64,000 nucleotides of DNA. It comes from Candidatus Bathyarchaeota archaeon (GTDB taxonomy: Archaea; Thermoproteota; Bathyarchaeia; Bathyarchaeales; Bathycorpusculaceae). The stretch lies in NCBI GenBank assembly GCA_963777155.1, contig CAVZPM010000002.1, forward strand, positions 11,658 through 75,657, read 5' to 3'. The number at the start of each line of letters is the position of its first letter. The first letter of the stretch is position 1. The translations under genes and the position numbers were made by a program. Shown piece by piece: positions 28,559 to 39,071 of this stretch. The notes beneath the pieces are model-generated. The model made no database searches. It was not told the DNA's origin and saw nothing but the letters and a program-made list of their open reading frames with translations.

Positions 28559-28715
28559 TATCTTCACACTTTTAGTGTTGATGTATGATATGGTGTATTT
28601 AAAATAAGCTGAAAAAGATGGGTTAGGCATAGTGGAGGGGTAAGTGAAAGTGAACTTTAGCGGGTTAATGTTCTTTTTTCTAAACCCCTAAACTAGCTGC
28701 TTTGGTCTGGCTATT

Positions 28716-29615
28716 TTAAGGTGGGATAACTCCCATCCGCGAACATTCTTCTTTTAGGCTGTCTTTGATGTGCATAAGGCTTTGGCGCTTCTGAACGTAT
28801 TCATCCCCGCCTATCTTTTCCTGGCGAAAATCGCTATCTAACTGCTGGATCTCCACGTTTATTTCGTTGATTCGGGCTTTAATCTGGTCTACGTATGAGA
28901 CCGCTTTTTCCTGCACAATTACCTCTGAAGGTGCTAAGGCAGTTTTAATTATACCGTCCTCGATCCGCAGAATTCTTGTTGAAACACGGGCGACGCTGGG
29001 GTCATGTGTAACCATGATTATGGTTTTTCCCAGCTCGCGGTTAATTTTGACGAGATATTCTGCAATGATTCTTGCGTTTGCTGTATCCAACTCGCCAGTG
29101 GGTTCATCTGCTAGAAGAATTGGTGCGTCATTAGCTAAGGCCGATGCGATAGCGATTCTTTGTTGTTCCCCGCCGCTTAATTCTTCAGGTTTATGGTGGG
29201 TACGATTTTGCAGGCCAACTATGTTGAGCAGGTCTTGAACCCGTTGTTTGCGTTTGCTGCGGGGTACACCTGAGGCTACCATTGCGAATTCGATGTTTTC
29301 CTGTGCTGTTAAGGTTGGGATTAAGTTTAGGTTTTGAAATATGTGGCCAACAACCTTGCGCCGGTAATCAACAAGTTGGCGGACGGATAGGTCGGTTACT
29401 GTTTTTTCGCCTACCTGAACGGTGCCTGCAGTGGCTTTGTCTAAGCCGCCAATGATGTTAAGCAGGGTTGATTTGCCGCTGCCGCTGGGTCCAATGATGG
29501 AAACTAACTCGCCTGAGGTTATATCTAGGTTTAAGCCTCTAAGGGCTTGTACTTCGATTTTTCCTGTATGATGCACTTTAACTAGGTCTCGGATTTTTAC
29601 GTTAATTCCGCTCAT
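28716..29615 (-). CDS. ABC transporter ATP-binding protein (LolD/MacB-type) with C-terminal helical extension
   Basis: GPSGSGKS, LSGGEQQR, LADEPTGELD, MVTHD. Confidence 0.93.
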   Translation of the reverse strand: MSGINVKIRDLVKVHHTGKIEVQALRGLNLDITSGELVSIIGPSGSGKSTLLNIIGGLDKATAGTVQVGEKTVTDLSVRQLVDYRRKVVGHIFQNLNLIPTLTAQENIEFAMVASGVPRSKRKQRVQDLLNIVGLQNRTHHKPEELSGGEQQRIAIASALANDAPILLADEPTGELDTANARIIAEYLVKINRELGKTIIMVTHDPSVARVSTRILRIEDGIIKTALAPSEVIVQEKAVSYVDQIKARINEINVEIQQLDSDFRQEKIGGDEYVQKRQSLMHIKDSLKEECSRMGVIPP

Positions 29616-32521
29616 CTTGCTCTAACCATCCTCTCAAGTTTAGTGACGTATTGACTTGTCATTACCAGGATTGCTCCGATTGTTGCCGCGTAAATCAGAG
29701 CGATGTAGGTACCTATGGTGGCTAAGGAGTCTGCTGGGAAAACTAAACGTTGGGTCACCAGTGCCGAATTGAATAAAGCGTTGTTGGCTGAGGTTACGGT
29801 TCCATAGACGATTATGATCCCTACGACTATACCCAAGATTACTGAGAAGGTTATGGTCGCCATGCTCTCGGTAAGGAACATCCATACCAGTTGCTTATAA
29901 GATAAGCCTCGAACACTCATCAATGTGGCTTCTCGGCTGCGCTCTTTTAGGTTGACTATGGCTATTAGTGTTGTTCCCACTGACGCAGAGAGGACTGCGA
30001 ATATTAGTCCTAAACGTTGGACATCAAGGATCTGCAGGCTACTTGATGTCGCAATATTGTTGTTTGAGGTTGACTGTCGCCATTCCTGGTCGAATGAATC
30101 AATGGCAATTATGTCTGTTGGATCAACCTTACGCATTTGGGTGGCGACATCGGTTCCGTTAACGTCTGGGTTCAGGGTAATTAGGTATTTTGTTTGGAAG
30201 GATTCTACCGTGTAGATACCACTGTATTCACTCATATTGAAGAGGTTTGCTGGCACGTATGAGTAGTATCTGGAATAGGCGTTGATTGAAGTTGAAATGT
30301 ATTTGGAGTCAGGGCCGCTGATGATTACGTTGTTGCTGCTGGTATCGGTGGGTTCCGGACCGAAGAAACCGATTATTCTCAGTTTACGCGGGCTTGAGTC
30401 GAAGTCGATACCTACTTCATCGTAGAGGTTTTTGCCTAATTGTTTGGCGAGGGATCGGTCAATTATGATAGTGTTGTTGTTGCCCTTCAAATCTTTCATC
30501 ATTTGGTCCACGCTCGCACCTGTGAACCATCCATGTTCATAGTAAGCGGATGATGCCCATGTGTCTGGGTCAATTGTTCTTATTTCCATCTGATTATAAC
30601 TGTTGCCTCCAGTTAAGGGAGCATACATTGTGCGTTCTATTGTTGCGTTCCTTATGCCGGAAACGTTTCCCACTATATCGTTTAGGATAACTTGAGCTTT
30701 TGAGGCATTAACTACACTAACTGTTACGTCAGCCCCAACTTGCTGATGTACCGTTCTAACTATGAAATCTTGCTGGCTTGCGATTTGTCCAGTGACTTGG
30801 ACACTGAAGCCTATGATAAACGCAATCAGAAAAGCAATAGCTGCTAGCGGCGCTGGGTTTCTTCGAACATTCTTTGCTGCCAATGCGCCCAAATCACCCA
30901 TCACTGATGAAATTTTGGAGGCTAGTTGTTGGAATTTGTTGAGTCACGGATTAGGATTTTGGTGAGTCCCCAGAAGAATAGGAAAGGACCAATATAGGTC
31001 ATTATTCAATCGAAGATTATCAGGGGGGCAGCGACGATGGATGCGAAGAAGTTTCCGCCAGAATACATCCATTGGTTAACTATGACTTGTATGTTTAAAC
31101 CTAACAGGAAACACCGCTATTTTGTAGCTTCCTAAGATGAGAGCTATCCAGGGAACAAGATTTGTAACGTGACTTGTTTTCGATGGGCATGTATTCTCTT
31201 AGGGCTTCGACTGCTGGCATCCGGGAAGCTTTCCGTGATGACCAAAACACTGAGCTAAGCGCCAATGTTACACCGAAAACAATTGTGACTATGGCGATTT
31301 CGGGACTAAAACTTCGGGAAGCAAAGAGGTTGTTTAGGTCTACTGCACCAACGTAGTATTGGTTTAGGAGTAATCCACCGATTACACCGAGTGCGCCGCC
31401 GATTAAGCCGACAACTACAGCTTCGGAGAGGAACATTCGTTGAATTTGCCCGCTTGAGAGTCCCTTTGTGGATAGGAGACCGATTTCTCGTCTGCGAATG
31501 TTAAAGGAAACATCCGATACGGTTGAGCCAAGGTACCATGCGACAAAGAAAACGGGAATGGACACAACGATGAAGTTAATGAGCATAACTTGGAAGTTGC
31601 TCTGATAACCATTTAGATGCGCTGCTTAGAACGTTGTTAACATAGGTGTTAGCTAAATAGTTAGCGAGGATTTGGTTTTGGATGTTATTGGAGATTTTGT
31701 CTATGTTGCTGATTGATGTTTCAATGTTCCAAGGGCTGATGAGGTTTTGGCGGTCCAACGTTAACAGAGAAGGTAACACTGGCGGTGCTGCTATCTAAGG
31801 TACTGTTCCATAGTTTTTGTAGTGTGTTTTCCCAGCTGACAATCATCATGTCGCTCCTGTAACCGCTGGAGGCGACCTCCGTAGATTGGTGGAGGGGCAA
31901 AATCTAGAGCCACCGTAATAGATTATGCCTCCATTATTGTTTGTTAGAAGGGAGTAGCCGGTGTCAGTTAATTCTGCAAAACCCGCGACGGTGAGATTAA
32001 CGTAGACTGAGGATGTGTTCCAGTATTTTGGGGTTGGAAAATTAATCATGGTTGTGATGTTGTCTCCGACATGGAGTTTCTGTGCAAGAGCGTTGTTTGC
32101 AAGGATGTAAGTGTAGTTTTCGGGGATTCCACCAAACGGTTTATTGGTCCACTCATCGTAAATCTGAGAGGAGCTGGGAAAACTAGTCATCTGGGTGTAG
32201 TCAGACGTATTATAGTTATCTGCCGATGTGCTAATTGGCATAGAGAAGCTTGCAACATAATCGACTTTTTTGACTCCTGGAATACTGGTTATATTTTTGT
32301 AGGCTAAGAGCCAGGTTTGACTGGTTTAGGTCGGCGCGGAAGCTGATGTCGGTTATTATACTACTGATTTGCTTGTCTAGGGTTTGTTCAGCAGCTAAGT
32401 TAGCTTTTACTCCTATGGCTGCGCAGAAAGTCGCCGCTAAAGTTATGCCGATGAGGAGTGCGGTGAATAGTTTCCAGTTGCGGAATACATGTTTTACTGG
32501 GTAGAGAAGCGGCATAGCCAA
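29612..32521 (-). CDS. FtsX/MacB-like ABC permease with two FtsX domains (multiple frameshifts)
   Basis: Fragments 32231-32521, 31846-32241, 31576-31779, 31101-31586, 29612-30904; RRREIGLLSTKGLS and ERSREATLMSVRGLS FtsX motifs. Confidence 0.85.
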
Positions 32522-32654
32522 TCAGACCTTTATTTGACCCGTACAGCTTTTAAGCCTACTTGTTAGAACACCACTCTTTCACCCGAAACGTATGCTTTCA
32601 ACCCTTTATGTTGGTTAGAAAGAATTAAATCGTTAACCCCGCCTTTTCTAACCT

Positions 32655-34067
32655 ATGAAAAGTTTTCTGCGTTACCTGACAGAAGAAAACATGAGCCTAT
32701 TCACTGACTACTACGAGCTAACGATGTGTGCAAGCTACTTTGACAACAAAAACTTTGAGCCCGCCACCTTTGACCTTTTCATTCGTCGCTTACCCGAGAA
32801 CCGCAGCTACTTCCTCTTTGCTGGCTTGGAGGAGGCGTTGCAGTACCTCCAGAATGTTAGGTTTACTAACGAACATTTGAATTACCTAAAAAAACAGGGG
32901 TTCCAAAAAGAATTCCTCGATTACCTGCACGGTTTCAAATTTACAGGAGAAGTGTGGGCCGTTCCCGAGGGCACAGTGGCTTTTCCCAATGAGACTTTAA
33001 TCCGTGTAACCGCACCAATAATCGAGGCACAACTAGTTGAGACTTTTCTCTTAAACACCATTAACCTGCAAACTATGATAGCAACCAAAGCCTCACGTGT
33101 TGTCCACGTAGCAGCGGGAAAGTCGGTGATTGAATTTGGCCTGCGCCGGGAACCTGGCATTGACGCAGGAATGAAAGTGGCGCGTTCAAGCTACATTGCA
33201 GGTTGCCAAGGAACAAGTAACGTGCTTGCAGGAATGACCTACGGCATTCCGGTCTTTGGAACCATGGCGCACTCTTTCATAATGTCTTACCCCAAGGAAA
33301 TCAATGCTTTCCGAGCGTTCGCAAAAACCTTCCCCGATAAATCAACGCTACTAATAGACACATACGACGACATTGCAGGTGCAGAAAAAGCGGTTGTGAT
33401 AGCCAAAGAACTTGAGATAAGAGGGTACAAGCTTGACGGTGTTCGGCTAGACAGCGGGGATTTATCTGAGACCAGTAAGAAAGTTAGGAGAATCCTAGAT
33501 GGACAAGGGTTGGAGTATGTTAAGATTTTTGTTAGTGGGGATTTGGACGAATTCAAAATTGCTCAGTTGCTTAAGGAGGGCGCACAGATTGATGCGTTTG
33601 GTGTTGGAACCAAAATGGGAACTTCCGCTGATAGACCTTACTTGGATGTAATCTACAAATTATGTGAAACCATGACTGCTCCCGACAACTTCTCGCCCAT
33701 TATGAAGTTGAGCAGAGACAAAAACACTCTGCCTGGGAGGAAACAGGTTTGCAGATTCAGTCGCGAGGATGGCACTTTTATAAAAGATGTGATAATTTTA
33801 GCGGACGAAAAAGTTGAAGGTGTCCCTTTACTTGTTAAGGTTATGGAGAAGGGAAAACTTGTTTATCATCTTCCAAGCATCGATGAAATCCGCGTCAGAG
33901 CTGCCGAAAACCTCAGGAAACTTCCTTTGCAATATCAGAAATTAACTGGTGCTTCTGTGTATCCTGTTTACTTAAGCCAGAAGCTTCAGAACCTAATAGA
34001 AAAAACCAAGGATCAACTAACAAAAAATGAGATAAACAACGGAACTCCCCAAAACAAGTTGCAGTAA
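32655..34067 (+). CDS. pncB: Nicotinate phosphoribosyltransferase
   Basis: LFTDYYELTM, EFGLRR, GTMAHS, LLIDTYD, GVRLDSGD, FGVGT. Confidence 0.95.
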   Translation: MKSFLRYLTEENMSLFTDYYELTMCASYFDNKNFEPATFDLFIRRLPENRSYFLFAGLEEALQYLQNVRFTNEHLNYLKKQGFQKEFLDYLHGFKFTGEVWAVPEGTVAFPNETLIRVTAPIIEAQLVETFLLNTINLQTMIATKASRVVHVAAGKSVIEFGLRREPGIDAGMKVARSSYIAGCQGTSNVLAGMTYGIPVFGTMAHSFIMSYPKEINAFRAFAKTFPDKSTLLIDTYDDIAGAEKAVVIAKELEIRGYKLDGVRLDSGDLSETSKKVRRILDGQGLEYVKIFVSGDLDEFKIAQLLKEGAQIDAFGVGTKMGTSADRPYLDVIYKLCETMTAPDNFSPIMKLSRDKNTLPGRKQVCRFSREDGTFIKDVIILADEKVEGVPLLVKVMEKGKLVYHLPSIDEIRVRAAENLRKLPLQYQKLTGASVYPVYLSQKLQNLIEKTKDQLTKNEINNGTPQNKLQ

Positions 34068-34276
34068 AACTATTTTACAATTCTTCAAATATCCACATTA
34101 TGAAAAACCAAGTCGGCTCTATCTTGAAGACTACTAGATTCTCCCTTTTTCCAATCAATTAAGCGTCTGTTGACTATTTTTCTTCGTTAGCATTTATTCC
34201 AATATTTAGTGCGGACATGGCAAACCCTTAATAGTCTTTCTGGAAAATTCTTAGTGCTATTCAAAACAGGGGAAAC

Positions 34277-35476
34277 ATGATGCAAAACCGCCCAGCTATA
34301 GTTGCTGTCGGCCGAACCAAGTTTGGAGAGCACTACGGCAAAGAACCAGAAAAACTAATCGAGGAAGCTTGGCTTGCCGCTTCAAACGAATGCAGTATTG
34401 AACGTAAAGACCTTGAAGCTTGTTATCTGTCAGATTGTTTTCTTCCTATTACAAACAAACTGGGGCTTGAGGAGGGCTTTCTCTCAGAGTTAACTGAGCT
34501 TCATGTTCCTATGGAAGTAACCCGCTCCTTCAGTGCTGCTTTGCTAACGGCTTGTAACGCTATCCAAGCAGGCGTCTACAGTACAGTGCTGGTAGGTGGC
34601 ATTGAGAAGATGACGGACCGCTGGGACAAAATCCGTGACGACCTCATGTTACTTGACGATCCCTGGAGTTACTATGCTGGTGGTACTCCTGAGTCAAACC
34701 ATGAACTCATGCTTCGTGCATATATTAAGAAACATAACATTACAGGTGAGAGCCTTAAGCTGCTTAACTTAGCTTTAGCTGAGGTTACTGTTAAGAACCA
34801 TGCGAACGCCATCAAAAACAAGTACGCCCAATTTCAAAGAAAAATCACTATCGAACAAGTCCTGAACGCCCGAAAAACAGCTCATAAACCCCTTGGACTT
34901 TACGATTTTGCACCAATCTCCGATGGTGCATCAGCCTTAATTCTCACCAGTGACTTAGTTGCAAAAAAAATGACTAAGAACCCAGTTAATGTATTGGCAA
35001 TCGGTTCAGCTACGGACTACCTCAATTATCCAAAACGGGCGGATCTTTCCCATTTTGTGGCAGCTGAACTTGCGATGAAAAAAGCCTCACAAATATCCAA
35101 AGTAGCACCTTCGGACTTGCAGATTATCGAAGTTTACGACCAATCCACTATGATGGAGATGGTTTCTCTGGAGGATCTAGGCCTATGTGCGCCTGGAACA
35201 GCTTGGAAAAGCATACATGGCTGCCAAAACTGCTACAATATAGGCGGTAAACAAGTTTTCGTTAACACTGACGGCGGATTAAAAGCGGATGGTAACCCAC
35301 TCGGCGCAACCGGAGGCGCACAGATATACGAGATTTATCGTCAGATCCGAGGTGAAGCTGACGAAAGACAAGTTAAAGTCGGCGACGGTTTTCCACGGAA
35401 CGGTTGTGTGCTAGAGTTTGAGGGTTTTGGAACCAAAGCCTACGTATCAATCTTAGGAGTGCATAGGGATGAGTAG
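34277..35476 (+). CDS. Archaeal acetoacetyl-CoA thiolase homolog with degenerate catalytic motifs
   Basis: VG.TKFGE, GGIEKM, VKNH.NA..N..AQF, PISDGA, GGLKA.G.P.GATG give the thiolase fold; ACASG, HDCF and GHP are altered. Confidence 0.85.
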   Translation: MMQNRPAIVAVGRTKFGEHYGKEPEKLIEEAWLAASNECSIERKDLEACYLSDCFLPITNKLGLEEGFLSELTELHVPMEVTRSFSAALLTACNAIQAGVYSTVLVGGIEKMTDRWDKIRDDLMLLDDPWSYYAGGTPESNHELMLRAYIKKHNITGESLKLLNLALAEVTVKNHANAIKNKYAQFQRKITIEQVLNARKTAHKPLGLYDFAPISDGASALILTSDLVAKKMTKNPVNVLAIGSATDYLNYPKRADLSHFVAAELAMKKASQISKVAPSDLQIIEVYDQSTMMEMVSLEDLGLCAPGTAWKSIHGCQNCYNIGGKQVFVNTDGGLKADGNPLGATGGAQIYEIYRQIRGEADERQVKVGDGFPRNGCVLEFEGFGTKAYVSILGVHRDE

Positions 35477-36977
35477 TGAACCGATTGAGCGGCGGGTTTC
35501 TTACCTTGGTGACCGCTTAAAGGCTTGTCGCTGTCAAAGTTGTGGTAAAGAATACTTCGAAGTACGTGATTACTGCAGCAACTGCGGCAGAAAAAGCTTC
35601 GGAAAAATGGATAATATCGACCTGTTCTATGACAAAGGTAAACTGGAACTCTGCACTTTTGTCAACGAACCGACTAACAAGTTCATGAAACTGTCAAGTT
35701 ATGTTTACGGTATCGTTTCTTTCCACGACGGCAAAATTCGCGTTCCCGCAAGACTAACAGACCAGCTAATCTGCGATGGCGACGATGTGGATTTGGAGAG
35801 CCTCGAAGGTAGAGAAGTGGTTCCCCGTTTCCGAAGACGATACACTGTGGGGAAAAGCGAAGTAATACCCACAATTTCTCTAGCCTTCACCTTAGCCGAC
35901 GAATACTACCCCCACCAAGAATACACGGTGGTTCAACCCAGCAAAGACTATGAATTGCCCGGTATCGTAGGCTATGGCGCCTACACTTCCCGCTTCCGAA
36001 TAAAAGAACCAGGGTTAGAGCGTGCTGTGCCTTTTGTTGATGAGGACTCGGTGACGGCGGCGGTGGAAGCTGGAAAACTCGCCCTCATCCATTCAGGACT
36101 TGACAGTACATGGGTCGGGAAAGTCTATGTTGGATCCGAATCTAACCCGTATGCGGTTAAACCCATCGCCTCAAAGGTTGCTCAGGTCCTCCAGCTCGGC
36201 GAAGAAGACGGCGATGTACAAGGTGTTGACGCAGTGGACACAGAGTTTGCCTGCAAAGCAGGGACAAGCATGTTCAAAGATGCATCAGCGCTTGTTAGTT
36301 ATCCAAAATCAGGCATAAAGTACGCTATGGTTATCGGTGCTGACAATTCTCAAGCAGCCCCCAGAGGCTGTGCAGGCGGAGAACTGGATACATACGTTGG
36401 ATACGGCGGCGCAGCATTCATCTTTGGAAAACAAGATGTGATAGCGGAAGTTGAAGGCTGGTATTCCTGTACCTCAGATACTCCGGATTTCTGGCGCAGA
36501 GATGGCGAACAATACCCAATGCATGGTGGCAGATTTACAGGTGACCCCGCATACTTCAAACATGTCCGCAAATCAGCTTGTAGACTCATGGAACGCTTAA
36601 ACGTTAAAGCAGCTGACCTGAACTACTTTGTTCCCCATCAACCAAACCCCCAGTTTCCCGTAAGAATCGCAAAAGAACTTGGGTTCAAAGAGGAACAATA
36701 TCTACCAGCGATTCAAATAACAAAATTCGGCAACACCTACTCAGGTGCCTCACTTATAGGGTTAGCAGCGGTGCTCGATATAGCTAAACCCGATGAACGC
36801 ATTTTGGTGGCAAGTTACGGCTCAGGAGCAGGAAGCGACGCATATCTAATTAGAACCACAAGCCAACTCCTTGATAAACGGAAACGCCAAAAAATCAACG
36901 TCAAATTCCAAGCAGAAAATCCATTCGTAGAATACATAGATTACACGACTTACCGCCGCCTAAAAATGGGTATGTAA
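35469..36977 (+). CDS. DUF35 (Zn-ribbon/OB) fused to hydroxymethylglutaryl-CoA synthase
   Basis: N-terminal CQSCG...CSNCG plus OB fold (RFRR); then GIVGYGAY, DEDS, GSESNPYAVKP, FACKAG, DTPDFWRR, HQPN, GNTYSG, SYGSGAGSD. Confidence 0.93.
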   Translation: MSSEPIERRVSYLGDRLKACRCQSCGKEYFEVRDYCSNCGRKSFGKMDNIDLFYDKGKLELCTFVNEPTNKFMKLSSYVYGIVSFHDGKIRVPARLTDQLICDGDDVDLESLEGREVVPRFRRRYTVGKSEVIPTISLAFTLADEYYPHQEYTVVQPSKDYELPGIVGYGAYTSRFRIKEPGLERAVPFVDEDSVTAAVEAGKLALIHSGLDSTWVGKVYVGSESNPYAVKPIASKVAQVLQLGEEDGDVQGVDAVDTEFACKAGTSMFKDASALVSYPKSGIKYAMVIGADNSQAAPRGCAGGELDTYVGYGGAAFIFGKQDVIAEVEGWYSCTSDTPDFWRRDGEQYPMHGGRFTGDPAYFKHVRKSACRLMERLNVKAADLNYFVPHQPNPQFPVRIAKELGFKEEQYLPAIQITKFGNTYSGASLIGLAAVLDIAKPDERILVASYGSGAGSDAYLIRTTSQLLDKRKRQKINVKFQAENPFVEYIDYTTYRRLKMGM

Positions 36978-37069
36978 GAGCAAGCTTTTTTCCAATCATT
37001 GGCTGGGTTCGCAATCTAACAAATGCTTAATAAATCCCGAGTAATTCTGACATAGCCGAGGGCAAAAGA

Positions 37070-38374
37070 TTGTCGTTCCTACAGGATATATTGCAAGTTA
37101 TCATTGCGCCACACAAAGCGTTTAAGCAAATTATTACCAACCCAAAATATTTAGGCGCATTAATCATCCTTCTTCTATTCATAGGCGTCCAAATCGGTTA
37201 TGAGTACGTCCAGTTTTCTAGAACATACACTGAACAAACGTATCCGATAATTTTCTTTAACGGTCCCGCCTTAATCAATGAATTGCCCACCTACACCAAC
37301 GCCTCGTCCTGGACCGGTGGCTCTAACGTAAACTTGACCAATTCAAATGACTACTTCAACTATAGCGTTTATCTGGCGGGATTCGGAGCTTCACCAATTA
37401 GTTCAGATGGATACTCAAATATTTTTGGCAACACCAGCCTACAGATGGAAGCTTCAAACACAAACAACCTGATAGCTGCTTTGAGCAACACAAGCAACGT
37501 CGACTGCAGTTCCATAGGCTTCCAAAACATCTCTATGACAATAAAACAGGTTTCGCCTCAAATAGCCCCACAAAAGGTCACCTTAACATTGTATTCTCTG
37601 GCTGACACAAACTCCTACACATATGACCTCACCTCTCAACTCTCCAGTTCAACCACCCTGGATCAATGGAACAACCTAACTATTCCAGTAGGTCCAAACG
37701 CTCAAGGCTGGTCCTTAAGCGGCACCCCAACATGGAGTAACATAACCTCATTAGTTCTCAACTTCAACTATCCCTCTGACTCAAACATAACCATACGTGT
37801 TGGTGCCCTCTTCTTCCGAGGAGAATACTTGACCCCCGTCCAATACGGCAGCATAGGGCTTGTAATTCAATTCCTGCAAGTGTTCGCACTTCAATTCGTT
37901 TTCACCTGGTTTGTCCTCACAGCTCTGATTTACGCGTTCTGTCGAGTCCTCAAAAACGCTGTTCTCTGGAAACCTATCTTTGTAGCGCTGGGTTTAGCCA
38001 TGGCTGTTATGATTGTCCGCGCATTGGTGAACCTTGCAGCAGCAGCTACATTGCAAACTGCGTATTATCCATTCGACATATCATTAGGTGTACGCTTTGA
38101 CCAATTCGCTACCTTATACTTCCCGCCCGAAGCAGTGAACTCATTGTCCGCTGTCTCTCAAAACGCCTTCCCGCTTATCGATGCAGCAACCTCAACCTTC
38201 AGGGGCATAGTGACAGTAATGGCTTTCATATCCTACATCTGGCTGGGCGCATTAGCTGTTTATGCTTTAGAAGCTTTGAAACCAGAATTCTCACTGGGCA
38301 AACGCATCACCTTTGCCGTTGCAGGGATAGGCATAACAATATTTGCCGTGCTCTTGCTTGTAGGTGTAATTTAA
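37070..38374 (+). CDS. YIP1-like membrane protein with a large N/S/T-rich extracellular insertion
   Basis: DILQVIIAPHKAFKQI YIP1-type N-terminus, TM1, ~220-aa beta-rich domain, further TMs. Confidence 0.65.
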   Translation: MSFLQDILQVIIAPHKAFKQIITNPKYLGALIILLLFIGVQIGYEYVQFSRTYTEQTYPIIFFNGPALINELPTYTNASSWTGGSNVNLTNSNDYFNYSVYLAGFGASPISSDGYSNIFGNTSLQMEASNTNNLIAALSNTSNVDCSSIGFQNISMTIKQVSPQIAPQKVTLTLYSLADTNSYTYDLTSQLSSSTTLDQWNNLTIPVGPNAQGWSLSGTPTWSNITSLVLNFNYPSDSNITIRVGALFFRGEYLTPVQYGSIGLVIQFLQVFALQFVFTWFVLTALIYAFCRVLKNAVLWKPIFVALGLAMAVMIVRALVNLAAAATLQTAYYPFDISLGVRFDQFATLYFPPEAVNSLSAVSQNAFPLIDAATSTFRGIVTVMAFISYIWLGALAVYALEALKPEFSLGKRITFAVAGIGITIFAVLLLVGVI

Positions 38375-38486
38375 GCAACGCCAAAACAGGCGTATGCTTA
38401 CCAATTTTTCCAACTCTTTTTAAGTTAGCAATATTTATATGATTGAAAGTGGAAAACCGTTAGCAAGCAGTTAGAAGGGAATTAAT

Positions 38487-38780
38487 TTGGTGGCAATTAA
38501 AGAGTTACAAGATGGAATGAAACGGGTTAGCGTTGAAGCCAAAGTTGTAGAAAAAGGCGACCCCCGAGAAGTCAAATCTCGATTTAAAGATGAAACTTAC
38601 CGAATAGTTGATGCTGTTGTTGCTGACGAATCCGGCAGCGTAAAACTTACGCTTTGGAATGAGCAGATCGACCAAGTAAACGTAGGCGACAACATAAAAA
38701 TCGAAAACGGCTACGTTACAAGTTTCAAGAGTGAAATCCAGCTTAACGTTGGCAAATTTGGGAAATTAACCGTCGAATAA
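38487..38780 (+). CDS. ssb: Single-stranded DNA-binding protein (single OB fold, crenarchaeal type)
   Basis: IKEL..G...V, VADESGSVKLTLW, IENGYV..F, LNVGKFG. Confidence 0.9.
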   Translation: MVAIKELQDGMKRVSVEAKVVEKGDPREVKSRFKDETYRIVDAVVADESGSVKLTLWNEQIDQVNVGDNIKIENGYVTSFKSEIQLNVGKFGKLTVE

Positions 38781-38792
38781 ACTAAATGGTAT

Positions 38793-38810
38793 ACGCCTTT
38801 TTTTAGGCGT
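38793..38810. terminator. Hairpin with T-run after ssb
   Basis: acgcct-tttttt-aggcgt followed by T-rich sequence. Confidence 0.5.
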
Positions 38811-38997
38811 TTCAATTTGAATAGTTTTCTCCTATTTTTTGAAATCTTTCCATTTCTCGATTATTAGAGGACATTACTATTAGGTAAACTATCTATAGCT
38901 TAACAGCGCATCCATGTTGGCGAAGAAAAAAATACCTCCATCGCCCAAAACAAAGCCTGATTATTAAAATCACCGCAGATGAAATTAGACGAATACA

Positions 38998-39019
38998 AAG
39001 GATTTTTTAGAAAATCCTT
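38998..39019. promoter_or_regulatory. Palindrome overlapping the BRE/TATA upstream of uvrB
   Basis: aaggatttt-ttag-aaaatcctt (perfect 9-bp arms) running into the TATA-like ttattaat. Confidence 0.5.
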
Positions 39020-39071
39020 ATTAATTTAATTCTTGTTTGAGAACATTTCTTATCGTTTGTGGGAAAGCACT

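Noticed and set aside
38880-38946. Minus-strand GGCGATGGAG...TCGCC hairpin resembling a fluoride riboswitch
   Set aside because: The loop is 17 nt instead of about 6, the conserved downstream TGATGAC..CTAC element is missing, and no same-strand gene follows
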